A DNA stretch of 64,000 nucleotides from Candidatus Latescibacterota bacterium (GCA_965116875.1 OZ220733.1:3328001-3392000), one strand, 5' to 3'; shown: positions 19,401 through 29,088, counted from the first letter of the stretch. Translations and numbers: made by a program. Notes: a model not told the origin generated them from the letters alone.

Positions 19401-20074
19401 TGGCGTTCGACGCGGAGGTGGCGAGGATTGCCAGACACGAGTCGGGCCGGCGCGACCTGCAGATCGTACAGGGCATCCGGCTGCGATTTGGAAATGAGGT
19501 TCTCGATTGCGGGGCGATACCGGCGGGCCGGATCGAGTCGATCGATCCGGAAGAACGGACCGTCATTGTTGCCCTGGACTCCGGAAACAGGATCGCGGAA
19601 GGGGATATGGTTGTCTTCAGGAGGCCCGCGTACACCTGTAATTCCAGCTACGAGATCCTCACCGCTGAAGTTGTGGACGGGAACCGGTACAGGTTGGGAT
19701 TGCACATGTCCTTCAATCTGTCGGAGGGCGTGGTGCGGTCCGTGGACCGGGCGGGGGGCGTGTTTGCCACGGACACGTGTATGACCAAGTTGAAAGCGTG
19801 CCCGGGGCTGTTCGACGGAAAGGCGATCCGCACGGGGGGAGAAACCGTCGGGGCGATCGAGACGGCAGGTCCCGATATTCTGACGCCGGAAGAACGTCGG
19901 TTCGCGACAACTTCGGACGAAGAAGCGCCGGCGAGCGGAACGATGGCTTATTTCCGGTTCAACGAACCGCGCTCCGTTTCCGGTCTGAACGTCGGCGACC
20001 GGTTCATGGTATGCGACCTGAATGAGGGCGACCGGTTCACGGTCATGCGATCGGCTTACAGGACCATCGCATAG
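16439..20074 (+). CDS. Heparinase II/III-like polysaccharide lyase with N-terminal discoidin/F5-8-like module
   Basis: N-terminal INDG...WVS..PQWAAV; GHGHRDKLSI, DLGYP, HTASHATV; AAGGAG RBS before ATG 16439. Confidence 0.75.
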   Translation: MFNLALLSNGSRPYVSSIAYNNHASRINDGIRPGEAASTSDTAWVSAAECLPQWAAVVFPRVGRVERVEIHWGRGRMPESSRAFVVQGRIDGAWFAIAAAQVPNPESRTVLSFESVQVEAVRIWQDVDGGPESTPGRMHVAQLEAYGEFVEGEAVDFLKIRDALREEWEDHFRRSRREITREVLDRIDRSPVERPSAGLAGAEEIARARRNRAATGWGSAQAEEILKDASWWLDKDDAFIYRMIPTQNPRAISPSYERGCPIHGGGRKCMRTNTALEYRWQCAIGGEWWYNGAVVRNPATGKPVEVWDDDDGWIAPEGFANPGTIYHFNSAWRYYVLSKLFFHPYELTIASPDAYTGGTALLQLSRAFAITGDQRYAHRAGVMLNRLAEVYRSYNGTVDEQRPLTRGYLVQVSWEEMPIYNCMTAYGLVMDSMRQDEALLEFFKSKGDCDYNGDGRVNFEDIRYNIRHNLFGYMYEWLHRAMAIQTGDYIVREGLVLWALGAMLGNEEMVDEAIEGRYGLAVNLTNNTFRDGKWWYDAPGYSVSSITRTILDRLFSMKGTDRRLDSRLRIRESIEFARNIYCDGRIPPIGDTGGGDLRIKVLDPLANCDVEELAYIHTGDDVYRNRLLAISEGDVDGIRERYADASLLFHAEPIRGTAGPYVPRTTVFHDSGIAILRTGHDIATRKHLVLNYGKGSSGHGHRDKLSINLITFGYDLACDLGYPTTFTHDKVDGWEKHTASHATVCIDGRAQEIATGSLRFFGHTPGMQTVCASGEAAYPGCAEVYERTLVMVDAPGSDAYVVDVFRVKGGSTHDYMFRSLSGDDGDHLKLEFPAGTETLRQARGTAAGEKVAFGTSPGLGYIRDVSRSLCDREWSATWRAGDEENTGIRLTMVGQSGREIVNGKGEGFGFFGQSPWDACVAVRQSGGESVFSGVLEPFQGDPFIESVEAMEVTGGIGAKIRLDGRVDCVFRRLEKGAVCTAEIDGIPLAFDAEVARIARHESGRRDLQIVQGIRLRFGNEVLDCGAIPAGRIESIDPEERTVIVALDSGNRIAEGDMVVFRRPAYTCNSSYEILTAEVVDGNRYRLGLHMSFNLSEGVVRSVDRAGGVFATDTCMTKLKACPGLFDGKAIRTGGETVGAIETAGPDILTPEERRFATTSDEEAPASGTMAYFRFNEPRSVSGLNVGDRFMVCDLNEGDRFTVMRSAYRTIA

Positions 20075-20087
20075 GATTCGCAACCAA

Positions 20088-20204
20088 CAAAAAAGGCCAT
20101 TACCAGAGGCCCCAAGGTAGTGGTATATGCGGGCTGACGATCGATTGAACGATTTTCAGGTGCCGCTGAAGGTTGGCTACCTCTGGTGCCTGGGCAATGG
20201 CTTG
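20088..20204 (-). ncRNA. Candidate stand-alone ~115-nt small RNA (rod with central bubble)
   Basis: Own TTGACA-17-TATCTT promoter; 5' and 3' ends pair; ends in a U6 tract; no ORF. Confidence 0.6.
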
Positions 20205-20210
20205 CAAAAC

Positions 20211-20239
20211 AAGATAGAACCGCCCAATCGGGATGTCAA
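20211..20239 (-). promoter_or_regulatory. Sigma70-type promoter for candidate sRNA
   Basis: TTGACA (20239-20234), 17-nt spacer, TATCTT (20216-20211). Confidence 0.7.
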
Positions 20240-20297
20240 CGGGAAAAGCACGCCAGGCGTGGGAAGTTCGTAGATGCTGGTCGTCCTGGTTCCGAAT

Positions 20298-20924
20298 TCA
20301 TGAATTTCGGATGAGTTCGACCAGATTTCGGGTTGCGGCCTCCGGGTCGGCCTGGCAGCAGACAGCGGATATTACCGCGATGCCGTGGGCGCCCGACCGC
20401 GCCACGTCTGCCGCGGTACCCGCGCCGATGCCGCCGATTGCAATGACCGGCGCCCGGGCGGCGCGGGTGAAATCGGCCAGCTTTTCGAGTCCCTGCGCTT
20501 CGCCCGCGTCGCTCTTCGAGCCGGTTGGAAAGACAGGTCCGAAACCCACGTAGTCCGCGCCGTCCAGGATGCCCTGTCGCGCTTCATCCGGATTCCCGGC
20601 GGACACGCCGATGATCCGCCCGGCGCCCAGAAGATCTCTGGCCATCGCAACCGGAAAGTCGTCCTGGCCGAGGTGTACGCCGTCGGCGTCGGCGGCGAGT
20701 GCCACGTCGACTCTGTCGTTGACGATGAGGGGGACGCCCGACCGGGCGCAGATTTTCCGCATAGCCCGGGCGGTCTCGATCATATTGCGCGTAAATCCGC
20801 TTTTCTGACGGTACTGTACGGTGTCTGCGCCGCCCGCGACGGCCATCCGCGCCAGTTCGGCATGGGTGTGGCGAGACTGCAGAATGGAGTCCGTGAGAAC
20901 GTGGAGGGCGCCGATTTTCTTCAT
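20298..20924 (-). CDS. thiE: Thiamine-phosphate synthase
   Basis: QYRQK, IVNDRVDVA, ADGVHLGQDD, GPVFPTGSK, AIGGI; ATGA overlap with thiD. Confidence 0.93.
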   Translation of the reverse strand: MKKIGALHVLTDSILQSRHTHAELARMAVAGGADTVQYRQKSGFTRNMIETARAMRKICARSGVPLIVNDRVDVALAADADGVHLGQDDFPVAMARDLLGAGRIIGVSAGNPDEARQGILDGADYVGFGPVFPTGSKSDAGEAQGLEKLADFTRAARAPVIAIGGIGAGTAADVARSGAHGIAVISAVCCQADPEAATRNLVELIRNS

Positions 20925-21718
20925 GGTTCGCGGTCGAGAAAGAAGAAGTGATTGGCCGGACCGGGTCCGCGGCCGACGGAGAGGCCGTGGCGAATGGCTT
21001 CGGTGACGTACGTCTTCGCGTTTTCGACCGCGGATGCGAGGCACTGGCCCCTGGCGAGGTTCGCCGCGATTGCGGCCGACAGGGTACAACCCGTGCCGTG
21101 TGGGCTCCCGCCCGGAAGCCGCGCGCCGGAAAAAACCGTTCCGCCGGATGCGTCGTACAGCACATCAACGGCATCGTTGGAATCGGAAAGATGACCGCCC
21201 GTAACCAGCACGGCCGGGCAGCCCGATTCGAAGATGATGCGCGCCGCTTCCTTCGCGCTATCCAGATTGTCCACCGGCACTCCTGACAGCTCCTGAGCCT
21301 CGCGCAGATTGGGCGTGACGAGCGCGGCCAGGGGCAGCAGACGCTCCTTGACACGTGCAACGGCGTCAGCTTCAAGCAGTTCGAAGCCGCTGGTGGAGAC
21401 CATCACCGGATCGACGACGAGGTTTGGAGCGTCGTGTTCGGCGAGCCCCTCCACGACAACGTCGACAATCCGCCTCGAAGACAGCATTCCGGTTTTCACC
21501 GCCGCGACGTCGAAGTCATCGAAAACCGCGTCGATCTGCGATTCGATGAGGCCCGCGGGCAGTTCGAACGATTTTCTGACCTCCATCGTGTTCTGCGCGG
21601 TCACCGCAGTGACAACCGAGAGGCCGTAGACGCCGTTGGCGTGAAAGGCCTTGAGGTCGGCCTGGATGCCTGCGCCGCCGCCGGAGTCGGACCCGCCAAT
21701 GGTGAGGGCCTGTTTCAT
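20921..21718 (-). CDS. thiD: HMP/HMP-P kinase
   Basis: [35 protein letters not shown]. Confidence 0.95.
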   Translation of the reverse strand: MKQALTIGGSDSGGGAGIQADLKAFHANGVYGLSVVTAVTAQNTMEVRKSFELPAGLIESQIDAVFDDFDVAAVKTGMLSSRRIVDVVVEGLAEHDAPNLVVDPVMVSTSGFELLEADAVARVKERLLPLAALVTPNLREAQELSGVPVDNLDSAKEAARIIFESGCPAVLVTGGHLSDSNDAVDVLYDASGGTVFSGARLPGGSPHGTGCTLSAAIAANLARGQCLASAVENAKTYVTEAIRHGLSVGRGPGPANHFFFLDREP

Positions 21719-22380
21719 GACAACTGCGGATGACGGGGGCCGGATGCGGACGCCCAGGCCTCGAGATAGGCCTTTACGACGGACCCCACGTGCCTGGCCG
21801 TGAGAATGCCCGACATGACGGCAATGCCCGCGGCGCCGCTACGCTTGCAGGCCGCAACCCGCGCGGGCGTGATGCCGCCCAGCGCGTAGACAGGGGAGGA
21901 TGAGTATTCCGTGACGCGGCGAAGGGCCCGGGGTCCCGCGCCGGGACCGTATCCGGGTTTGGAGTTCGGACTGTAGATGGGGCTGAACGTGACGAAATCC
22001 GCGCCTTCGGCCTCTCCACATTCCTTTCTGTTGTGGGTTGACCGTCCGATGAGTATCCGACTACCGTATTGTCGCCTGATGATACACGGCGCCGGCCCCG
22101 ACGTGGGAAGGTGGACGCCCGCGGCGCCGATCTCCCGTGCGAGCCCGGCGTGCGTATTGATGAGCAGACGCGCTTCGTAGTTTGAAGCCCGCCGCTGGAG
22201 GCGAGCCGCAAGATGACGGAGCTCTCCCATTTCGAGATGTTTTTCGCGCAACTGGATGAGCCGTACCCCCGCTTCCAGCGCCTCCTCGAGGACGTCTTCC
22301 AGGCTGCGGGGCGCACACGACGTCCGATCCGCTATCAGATAGAGGGGGGGCAGGCTCTGTACATCCTCTGGCTCATTCAT
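21715..22380 (-). CDS. ThiE-fold protein (TenI-like thiazole tautomerase or second ThiE)
   Basis: IQLREK, GVHLP, YALGGIT; lacks the canonical NDR and GQDD motifs of ThiE. Confidence 0.75.
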   Translation of the reverse strand: MNEPEDVQSLPPLYLIADRTSCAPRSLEDVLEEALEAGVRLIQLREKHLEMGELRHLAARLQRRASNYEARLLINTHAGLAREIGAAGVHLPTSGPAPCIIRRQYGSRILIGRSTHNRKECGEAEGADFVTFSPIYSPNSKPGYGPGAGPRALRRVTEYSSSPVYALGGITPARVAACKRSGAAGIAVMSGILTARHVGSVVKAYLEAWASASGPRHPQLS

Positions 22381-23152
22381 GGGTAACCGCGCCCTCCATG
22401 GGCGTGGAGGCCGTGGCATACAGCTTTTTCGGGATGCGCCCCGCCTCGTACGCGAGCCGGCCCGCGCGAACGGCCTGACCCATGGCTTCGGCCATAAGTA
22501 CGGGATGGCGCGCGCCCGAAACGGCCGTATTCAGCATCACGCCGTGGCATCCCAGTTCCATCGCCACCGCGGCGTCGGACGCGGTTCCCACCCCCGCGTC
22601 CACGATCACCGGGACGTCCACCGTGTCGAGGATGATGCGGAGATTGTAGGGGTTGCGAATGCCCATTCCCGAGCCGATGGGCGCGCCGAGCGGCATCACG
22701 GCGGCGCAGCCGGCGTCTTCCAGTTTCTTGCAGGTAACGGGGTCGTCGTTGCAATAGGGCAATACCGTAAAGCCGTCCCGGATCAGTTCGTCCGTCGCTT
22801 CCAGCAGTCCTGCGACGTCGGGGAAGAGGGTGTCCTCGTCTCCGATCACTTCCAGTTTGATCAGGTTGGTTCCCAGGGCTTCGCGCGCGAGCCTGGCCGT
22901 AAGCACGGCGTCACGCGCGGTAAAACATCCGGCAGTGTTCGGCAACAGTTCGTATTTTTCGCGGTCGATCAGATCGATCAGGCTCTCCCCGGAAGGGTCC
23001 TCCAGGTTGATCCGACGGATGCCCACGGTAACGATTTCCGCGCCGCTTGCCCGGATTGCGTCCAGCATGACCTGCATATTGGGATACCGCGCGGTCCCGA
23101 TGATGAGCCGGGAACCGTACATCGTGCCGGCTATGGTCAGAGCATCAGACAT
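22373..23152 (-). CDS. thiG: Thiazole synthase
   Basis: [41 protein letters not shown]; AGGG RBS before ATG 23152. Confidence 0.96.
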   Translation of the reverse strand: MSDALTIAGTMYGSRLIIGTARYPNMQVMLDAIRASGAEIVTVGIRRINLEDPSGESLIDLIDREKYELLPNTAGCFTARDAVLTARLAREALGTNLIKLEVIGDEDTLFPDVAGLLEATDELIRDGFTVLPYCNDDPVTCKKLEDAGCAAVMPLGAPIGSGMGIRNPYNLRIILDTVDVPVIVDAGVGTASDAAVAMELGCHGVMLNTAVSGARHPVLMAEAMGQAVRAGRLAYEAGRIPKKLYATASTPMEGAVTHE

Positions 23153-23202
23153 AAGTCCCTCTTGCAGCAACGTTTGGCAAACACGGCAAGCCGTCCCGGA
23201 TC

Positions 23203-23409
23203 CTATCCGCCCTGGACCGCGGCGATAATGTCCACCCTGTCCCCGCTGCCGAGCCGCGTTGAAGACCAATTCGCCCTGACGACGATTTCCGCATTGACCG
23301 CAACCGCGATGCCCCTTCGGTCCGGATCGTGCGCAAGGTCGATCAGCAGGTCCCGGATTGTGATACCGCTCCCGACGTTTTTTTCTTCTCCGTTCAAAGT
23401 GATCTGCAT
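23203..23409 (-). CDS. thiS: Sulfur carrier protein
   Basis: 68 aa, IAVAVN, C-terminal AVQGG. Confidence 0.95.
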   Translation of the reverse strand: MQITLNGEEKNVGSGITIRDLLIDLAHDPDRRGIAVAVNAEIVVRANWSSTRLGSGDRVDIIAAVQGG

Positions 23410-23420
23410 GGCGTCCCAAA

Positions 23421-24557
23421 TCAGGCGGCGAAGCGGCCGATGCCGAAGGGCCGGATGTCTTCGGGCGTGTTGCCGGTCAGCACCAGTTCCGCGATGGAAT
23501 ACGAGGTGATGGGCGCGAGCAGAATCCCCTTGCGGTAGTGGCCGGTGGCCATAATGAGGCCATGAACGGGGGTTTTGCCGAGGATAGGCGCATCGTCCCT
23601 GCTTCCGGGGCGAAGACCGGCGGCGGTTTCGATGATAGGCAGGTCATAGACTCCAGGAACCACCTCCCACGCGGCGCGCAGGAGCTCGAAGATACCGCCC
23701 GCCGTCAGGCTGTCGTCGAAACCCATTTCTTCCGAAGTCGCCCCAAGCACCAGATGTCCTCCGTCCTTTGGACACAGGTATGCGACCGCCGATGACGCGG
23801 CCCGGTTGTACCATACGATGGTTTTCAGGGTGCAGTTTTCTGTCATTTGCAGGCGGAGGATCTGGCCGCGGACCGGGCGGACGGGCGGTCTGGCGGGTCC
23901 GGGCACACCCGGTATGAGACGCGACCAGCATCCCGCTGCGAGGATGACCGTGGCCGCCTTGTACGCTCTGTCGCCCGCAACAACACCGCGGACCCTGTCC
24001 TGAGCGACGTCGATGGTTTCGACCGGTGTGGATTCCATGAGGGATCCGCCGGCCTTGAGGAAGGCCCCCCGCAGGGCTTTCATCATCAGTCGATTGTCCA
24101 CCTGGTGGTCTCCCGGACACCAGACGGCGGCGCCGACCTGGGGCGAGAGCTGAGGCTCCCGCGCACGTGCCAGATCGCCGCTCATCCACTGCACGGGCAG
24201 ACCGAGGTCGCGCTGGTAGTCGTAGCGGAAACGGAGGTACTCGATATCGTCTCGGGTGACCCCCACCAGAAGGACGCCGTCCGGGCGGTAACCCACGGAC
24301 AATCCGCTTTCCGACTCGAGTTCCGCGACAAATCCCGGGAATCTCTCCAGGCCCGTCAGGCCGAACCGCAGGAGCGCTTCCTCTTCGTGGCGCACCTCGG
24401 CAAGGGGCGTGAGCATCCCGGCGGAAGCCCGGCTGGCGGCCCGGCCCGCACGGTCCCGGTCGAAGATCAGGACGTCCCGCCCCGCCCTGGCAAGTCGCCA
24501 GCCGATGCCGAGTCCGATAACGCCGGCGCCGACGATAATGATCCGGTCAGATGACAA
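23421..24557 (-). CDS. thiO: Glycine oxidase
   Basis: [35 protein letters not shown]; operon context. Confidence 0.93.
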   Translation of the reverse strand: MSSDRIIIVGAGVIGLGIGWRLARAGRDVLIFDRDRAGRAASRASAGMLTPLAEVRHEEEALLRFGLTGLERFPGFVAELESESGLSVGYRPDGVLLVGVTRDDIEYLRFRYDYQRDLGLPVQWMSGDLARAREPQLSPQVGAAVWCPGDHQVDNRLMMKALRGAFLKAGGSLMESTPVETIDVAQDRVRGVVAGDRAYKAATVILAAGCWSRLIPGVPGPARPPVRPVRGQILRLQMTENCTLKTIVWYNRAASSAVAYLCPKDGGHLVLGATSEEMGFDDSLTAGGIFELLRAAWEVVPGVYDLPIIETAAGLRPGSRDDAPILGKTPVHGLIMATGHYRKGILLAPITSYSIAELVLTGNTPEDIRPFGIGRFAA

Positions 24558-24571
24558 CTGTAATCATCCTG

Positions 24572-24762
24572 AGAAGCTGTCTTAAAATCCCCAGCGGTCT
24601 TCGTACGGCGGCAAAAGCGACGGTCGACGTTTGTCAAACCCACCCAAGAGTGGCGAGGGGCGCGCAGCCACGATACATTCGTATATGGGCGGATTTTCCC
24701 GCCTTGACCGCCACTTTTTCGCTCGTGCTTGGGAACTCACCGGTAATTTAAAAACGGCTTCT
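24572..24762. mobile_element. MITE-like element, copy 1 (in thi leader)
   Basis: Imperfect TIRs AGAAGCTGTCTTAAAAT/ATTTAAAAACGGCTTCT; homologous to 27876-28037. Confidence 0.75.
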
Positions 24763-24800
24763 AAAAAAGCCGCCGCCCTCGATCTTGTCGAAAAGCGGCT
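24762..24800 (-). terminator. Riboswitch expression-platform terminator
   Basis: GCCGC-TTTTCG...CGAGGGCGGC hairpin followed by a T6 run on the minus strand. Confidence 0.7.
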
Positions 24801-24814
24801 GGGGTGCGTTTCCT

Positions 24815-24890
24815 CGACTCCCTGCGCCGGCATAATCCGGATCAGGTTCAAAGGGTATGTTCTCAGCTCGGCGGGCGAGCACCCCTGCGT
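24815..24890 (-). promoter_or_regulatory. TPP riboswitch (THI element)
   Basis: Minus strand GGGGTGC...GCTGAGA..ATACCCTTTGAACCTGATCCGGATTATGCCGGCGCAGGGAG, upstream of thiO. Confidence 0.96.
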
Positions 24891-24902
24891 TTTATAGAGA
24901 CA

Positions 24903-24931
24903 AAGATAGCGGTTCGGCCGCGCTCCGTCAA
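24903..24931 (-). promoter_or_regulatory. Sigma70-type promoter of thi operon
   Basis: TTGACG-17 nt-TATCTT just upstream of the aptamer. Confidence 0.7.
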
Positions 24932-25201
24932 GCGAATCCGCTTGACATCGATGGGCGATTGATTATTAAAGGCAGGGAGAGGTAAGACGGGAGACGGGAG
25001 AAGTTCGAATTCTCCAAATCTGAAAATCGCCGGGCTGTGACTTCAGATCGCCTTTCATCTTCCTGGAAGATCCACTACATCGTCGCAAGGATATGATGAA
25101 TCATGGACAGTAACTTTCTGGTTTTAATTGAGTAAGGCGGGAGCAGACTACGTGCTCTTCCTTCTTCCTTTTTCCTTCTTCCTTCTCTAGGGAGGGCTAA
25201 A

Positions 25202-26392
25202 GTGGCGGATCTAAAATTCAAGGTTCACGCCGGGCCCCACCGGCGAGTCAACTGTCCGGTCTCCGTATTCGTCGGGAGATCGGGCGCGATACAAAGAAAC
25301 GTCGATCTCCTGGATCGACTCGGGACCGGGGACGTCGGTCTGGTTGGTCCGCGCGGCCCCACGCCCTGCCAGGTACATAGCGAGGACGACGGCGTTCGCG
25401 TAAGCTGGATTGTGGACGATCTGCCGGCGGATGAGACGGCGGACTACGGGTTGGAATTCGGGGAGCACACGGGGTCCCGCGGCGGAGTGGTATTGTCGGA
25501 GGCGCAAGACCGAATCGAGGTACGGATCGACGGCGCCTGCTTTACGAGCTATTGCTTCGGAAAGGATCTTGTGCGTCCGCACCTGTATCCGCTGATCGGG
25601 CCGTACGGCGATGGAATCACGCGACCGTTGATCGACGAGGGAGAAGGAGACCATCATCACCACCGGTCCGTCTGGATATCGCACGGCCACGTGAACGGTT
25701 GGAACAACTGGGGCGAAGGCGAGGGCCACGCGTGGACGCGGCATCAGCGTTTCGACGACCTCGAGAGCGGACCGGTCTTCGGCCGGATCGTATCCATAAG
25801 CAACTGGGAGGGCGCGGACGCCTGGCGCGGAGAGCATGGATCGAACGTGATCTGCGAGGAGCGGGCGGCCTGGACATTCTACCGTACCGGATCGGACGTC
25901 AGGATCTTCGATTTGCACGTCACGCTGACCGCCCCGAAAATCGACGTTCTCTTCGGCGACACGAAGGAAGGCGGCCTGGCGTCGATACGCGTCGCCGAAT
26001 CCATGGAAGTGCGGTCCGGCGAGGGCGGAGTGATCGAAAACGCGATCGGGGGCGTCAATGAGGACGAGACCTGGGGCAAACGGGCGGCCTGGTGTCACTA
26101 TACCGGCCCCGTGAATGGCAATCGCGTGGGCGTGGCCATCATGGATCATCCCGACAGCTTCAGGCATCCCACCTACTGGCACGTGCGCAACTACGGCCTG
26201 ATGACGGCCAATCCCTTCGGCCACTCGCATTTTTACGCCGACCCGAATCGGCGCGGGAATCACGTGCTGGCGCCCGGCGAGTCCCTGTCAGGCAGCTACA
26301 GGTTCTACGTGCACAAGGGAGACGCGTCCGAAGGTGGGATCACGGAGCGCTATCACGACTTTGCGCATCCGCCGATCGTGGAGGTCGGATAG
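25202..26392 (+). CDS. PmoA-like/DUF6807 family protein (putative carbohydrate-related)
   Basis: RPHLYPL, DHHHHRSVW, FGDTKEGG, HPTYWHVRNYGLMTANPFG; GGAGGG RBS. Confidence 0.7.
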   Translation: MADLKFKVHAGPHRRVNCPVSVFVGRSGAIQRNVDLLDRLGTGDVGLVGPRGPTPCQVHSEDDGVRVSWIVDDLPADETADYGLEFGEHTGSRGGVVLSEAQDRIEVRIDGACFTSYCFGKDLVRPHLYPLIGPYGDGITRPLIDEGEGDHHHHRSVWISHGHVNGWNNWGEGEGHAWTRHQRFDDLESGPVFGRIVSISNWEGADAWRGEHGSNVICEERAAWTFYRTGSDVRIFDLHVTLTAPKIDVLFGDTKEGGLASIRVAESMEVRSGEGGVIENAIGGVNEDETWGKRAAWCHYTGPVNGNRVGVAIMDHPDSFRHPTYWHVRNYGLMTANPFGHSHFYADPNRRGNHVLAPGESLSGSYRFYVHKGDASEGGITERYHDFAHPPIVEVG

Positions 26393-26436
26393 CCGGTAAG
26401 CGAAAACAGCCGACGCGGAAGGAAGGGAGTTTTCCG

Positions 26437-27876
26437 ATGGCCGATTCCATCGAGCCTCCCCATATCGTCTTCATCACCACCGACCAGCAGCGTGGCGACT
26501 GCACCGGCATCGACGGTCACCCGATTCTGGAAACGCCCCATCTGGACCAGCTTGCCAATGAGGGCGTGTATTTTCCCAGGGCGTATTCGCCTTGTCCGGT
26601 GTGCGTGCCCGCGCGCATGGTGATGATGACCGGAAGGTCTCCCTTCAATACAGGGTATTTCACCAATTCGAGCCGGTCGCCCGGCGCAACCGGCACCCTT
26701 CCCGCAATTCTGGGCGGACTCGGGTATCAGACACAGCTGATCGGCAAGGCGCATTTCAGCCCCCAGCGGGCGCGGCTGGGGTTCGACAACACGATCATCA
26801 ACGAGTCGGGCAGGTACCGGGAGGGCGACGATTATCATCGGTGGCTGGAAAAAACGCCCTACGCGGGTCTTGAGCGGGCAACGAGCATTGGCAACAACGA
26901 TGTGTTTTCCCGGAGGTCGGTGGTTCCCGAGACCCACCACGTGAACACGTGGACGGCAAACGAGTGTATCGAATTTCTGGACAGGCGGGATCCCACCTGT
27001 CCGTTTTTTCTGTGGATGTCTTTCAGCCGGCCGCATTCGCAATACGATCCTCCAGCGCCGTATGACACCTGGTACGATCCGGAAGACGTGCCGCCGCCCA
27101 TCCCCGCGCCCGACGAAGAATTCCTCCCCCCGGAACTGCGGGAGGCGCCGCCGCGTTACGACTGGGACCGCATGTCGCCCGCGAGGATCGCCCGCGCACG
27201 GGGGCACTACCTGGGGCAGATTACGCATATCGACCATCAGATCGGGCGCTTTTTCGCCGCGCTGCGCTGGAAGGGCTTGTGGGACGATACGCTGGTGGTC
27301 TTTACCTCGGACCACGGGGATATGATGGGGGATTTCGGGCTCTTCTTCAAGTCCCACTTCTTTGAAGGATCCGGTCGCGTGCCGCTGATATTACGGCCGC
27401 CGCGAAATTGGGAGGGGACCAAACCCTCCCGGAAATTCGAAAAGCCGGTATCGCTCGTCGACATACTGCCCACGTTCGTCTCGGCGGCGGGCGGCCGTAT
27501 TCCGGATCATGCGGACGGGGTGTCGCTGCTGCCGGCGCTGAACGGCGGCGATCCGGTCGGTGGCAGGATCTTTCACGGTGAAATCGGTGCGGAACAGCGC
27601 CGCCACCATTGCCTGACGGACGGCCGGTACAAGTACATGTGGTTCCGCCTCGGCGGCAGGGAGTATCTGTTCGACCTTCAGGTCGATCCGAACGAAGTCA
27701 ATAACCTGGCCGGGGACGAGGCCCGTGTTGCCGTCTGGAGAAACCGGTTGATCGATCTTCTCCGCGTGCGGGGCGATTCCGCGGTGAAAGACGGCGCGCT
27801 GGTTGATTCGCCCTATACGCCCGCCGATGAGGCGGAATTGCGGGCGGCGGACCCGTTCGGGCGAAGGCCGTATTAG
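26437..27876 (+). CDS. Formylglycine-dependent sulfatase
   Basis: TDQQR, CVPAR (CxPxR), GKAH, SDHGDMMG. Confidence 0.93.
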   Translation: MADSIEPPHIVFITTDQQRGDCTGIDGHPILETPHLDQLANEGVYFPRAYSPCPVCVPARMVMMTGRSPFNTGYFTNSSRSPGATGTLPAILGGLGYQTQLIGKAHFSPQRARLGFDNTIINESGRYREGDDYHRWLEKTPYAGLERATSIGNNDVFSRRSVVPETHHVNTWTANECIEFLDRRDPTCPFFLWMSFSRPHSQYDPPAPYDTWYDPEDVPPPIPAPDEEFLPPELREAPPRYDWDRMSPARIARARGHYLGQITHIDHQIGRFFAALRWKGLWDDTLVVFTSDHGDMMGDFGLFFKSHFFEGSGRVPLILRPPRNWEGTKPSRKFEKPVSLVDILPTFVSAAGGRIPDHADGVSLLPALNGGDPVGGRIFHGEIGAEQRRHHCLTDGRYKYMWFRLGGREYLFDLQVDPNEVNNLAGDEARVAVWRNRLIDLLRVRGDSAVKDGALVDSPYTPADEAELRAADPFGRRPY

Positions 27877-28037
27877 AAGCTGTATTAAAATTCCCAGCGG
27901 TCTTCGCGCGGCTGCAAAAGCGCCGGTCGACGTTGGTCAAATCCGCCCGTATAGACAAATATGGGCGGATTTTCCCGCCTTGACCGCCACTTTTTCGCTC
28001 GCGCTCGGGAACTCACCGGTAATTTTAATACAGCTTC
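27876..28037. mobile_element. MITE-like element, copy 2
   Basis: Perfect 17-bp TIR GAAGCTGTATTAAAATT/AATTTTAATACAGCTTC; begins in the sulfatase stop codon. Confidence 0.8.
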
Positions 28038-28101
28038 AAAGCGTGCAATGACGCGAAAACGTGTGATTCCGGTCGCTGTATACATCCACGCGCCGGTATA
28101 A

Positions 28102-28614
28102 TTGAGTTGTGACACGGGGGGTCCGGTTTCCTTGTGTGAATCTCTTGAAGTGCGGCTGTGCGGGTTGATGACCGATCGGGGATGGACCCTCTCGGTCTCG
28201 GAGACCACGACGGGCGGGCTGATCAGCTCCCGCATTGTGAGTGTGCCGGGCAGTTCGGCCTTTTTCGAGCGCGGACTCGTGCCTTACAGTGCCAGGGCCA
28301 AGACCCAGGGGCTGGGGATATCCCAATCTTTGCTGAAGCGCTGCGGCGCGGTGAGTGAAGAAGTGGCCTCAGCGATGGCGGAAGCCGTGGGCAGGACAAG
28401 CGATTCAACGCTGGGGCTGGCTGAAACGGGCATCGCGGGGCCCGTTCGCGGACGATCGCCGAAGCCGTTGGGAACGGCGTATATCGCGCTGTGGACGCCT
28501 GGCGGTGTCCGATGTGAACGCTTTGCTTTCGGTGGGGACCGAAATGCGATTCGCGCGCGGATTGCCGAACAGGCGCTGCGGATGGTGGTCGATTACGTCG
28601 AAGATGCCGCTTGA
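28102..28614 (+). CDS. CinA C-terminal domain protein (PncC-like NMN deamidase family)
   Basis: ETTTGGLI, PGSS, GAVSEEVA.AMA, TGIAGP. Confidence 0.85.
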   Translation: MSCDTGGPVSLCESLEVRLCGLMTDRGWTLSVSETTTGGLISSRIVSVPGSSAFFERGLVPYSARAKTQGLGISQSLLKRCGAVSEEVASAMAEAVGRTSDSTLGLAETGIAGPVRGRSPKPLGTAYIALWTPGGVRCERFAFGGDRNAIRARIAEQALRMVVDYVEDAA

Positions 28615-28639
28615 CACCGGCTATGCATTCACATACATT
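28611..28639 (+). promoter_or_regulatory. Sigma70-type promoter of infA
   Basis: TTGACA-17 nt-TACATT. Confidence 0.65.
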
Positions 28640-28686
28640 GAAAGCCTGACCTGAAGTAGATTTCCTTATCCAAAGCTGGAGGTGGC

Positions 28687-28971
28687 ATGGCGAAAGAGGA
28701 AAAGGTTTCGCTTGAAGGAACCGTCACGGATACGCTTCCGGACGGGCAGTACATGGTGGAAGTGGAGGGTGGACATCAGATTCTGGGATATACGTCGGGC
28801 AAGATGCGGCGTTTCAATATCCGGGTCTTGGTGGGTGACCGCGTGACCATCGAGACCTCGCCTTACGATTTGAATCGCGGGCGCATCGTGTGGCTGCACC
28901 GGCTGCCCCCGCCCGACGACGCGGGCGGCAAGCGCAGGGGCGGCGGTAACCGGCCCAGGCGCCGGCGCTAA
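28687..28971 (+). CDS. infA: Translation initiation factor IF-1 with Gly/Arg-rich tail
   Basis: SGKMRRFNIRVLVGDRVTIETSPYDLNRGRI; GGAGG RBS. Confidence 0.93.
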   Translation: MAKEEKVSLEGTVTDTLPDGQYMVEVEGGHQILGYTSGKMRRFNIRVLVGDRVTIETSPYDLNRGRIVWLHRLPPPDDAGGKRRGGGNRPRRRR

Positions 28972-29088
28972 TCGGCCGGTCATTCTTTGCTGTAAATAAA
29001 CGAAGTTACAATCCACACGGACTTTTGTGCGAAAGGCATGCGCCAACCGCTGCATACACCGTACATTGTTGCAGACGTCCACGAAAAC

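Noticed and set aside
20088-20239. ZTP, fluoride or SAM riboswitch, or SRP RNA
   Set aside because: Only fragments match (CCTGGGCA, GGCAATGG). There is no downstream gene in the right orientation and no SRP CAGG..GNRA..AGCAG motif.
25202-26392. Particulate methane monooxygenase
   Set aside because: The protein is soluble with no TM helices and no pmoCB; the 'PmoA' family label is not evidence of methanotrophy.
26092-26436. Long N-terminal extensions of sulfatase (likewise thiG, thiE, heparinase, patatin-2, ankyrin, BNR)
   Set aside because: They overlap upstream genes or promoters; downstream starts have better RBS or signal-peptide support.
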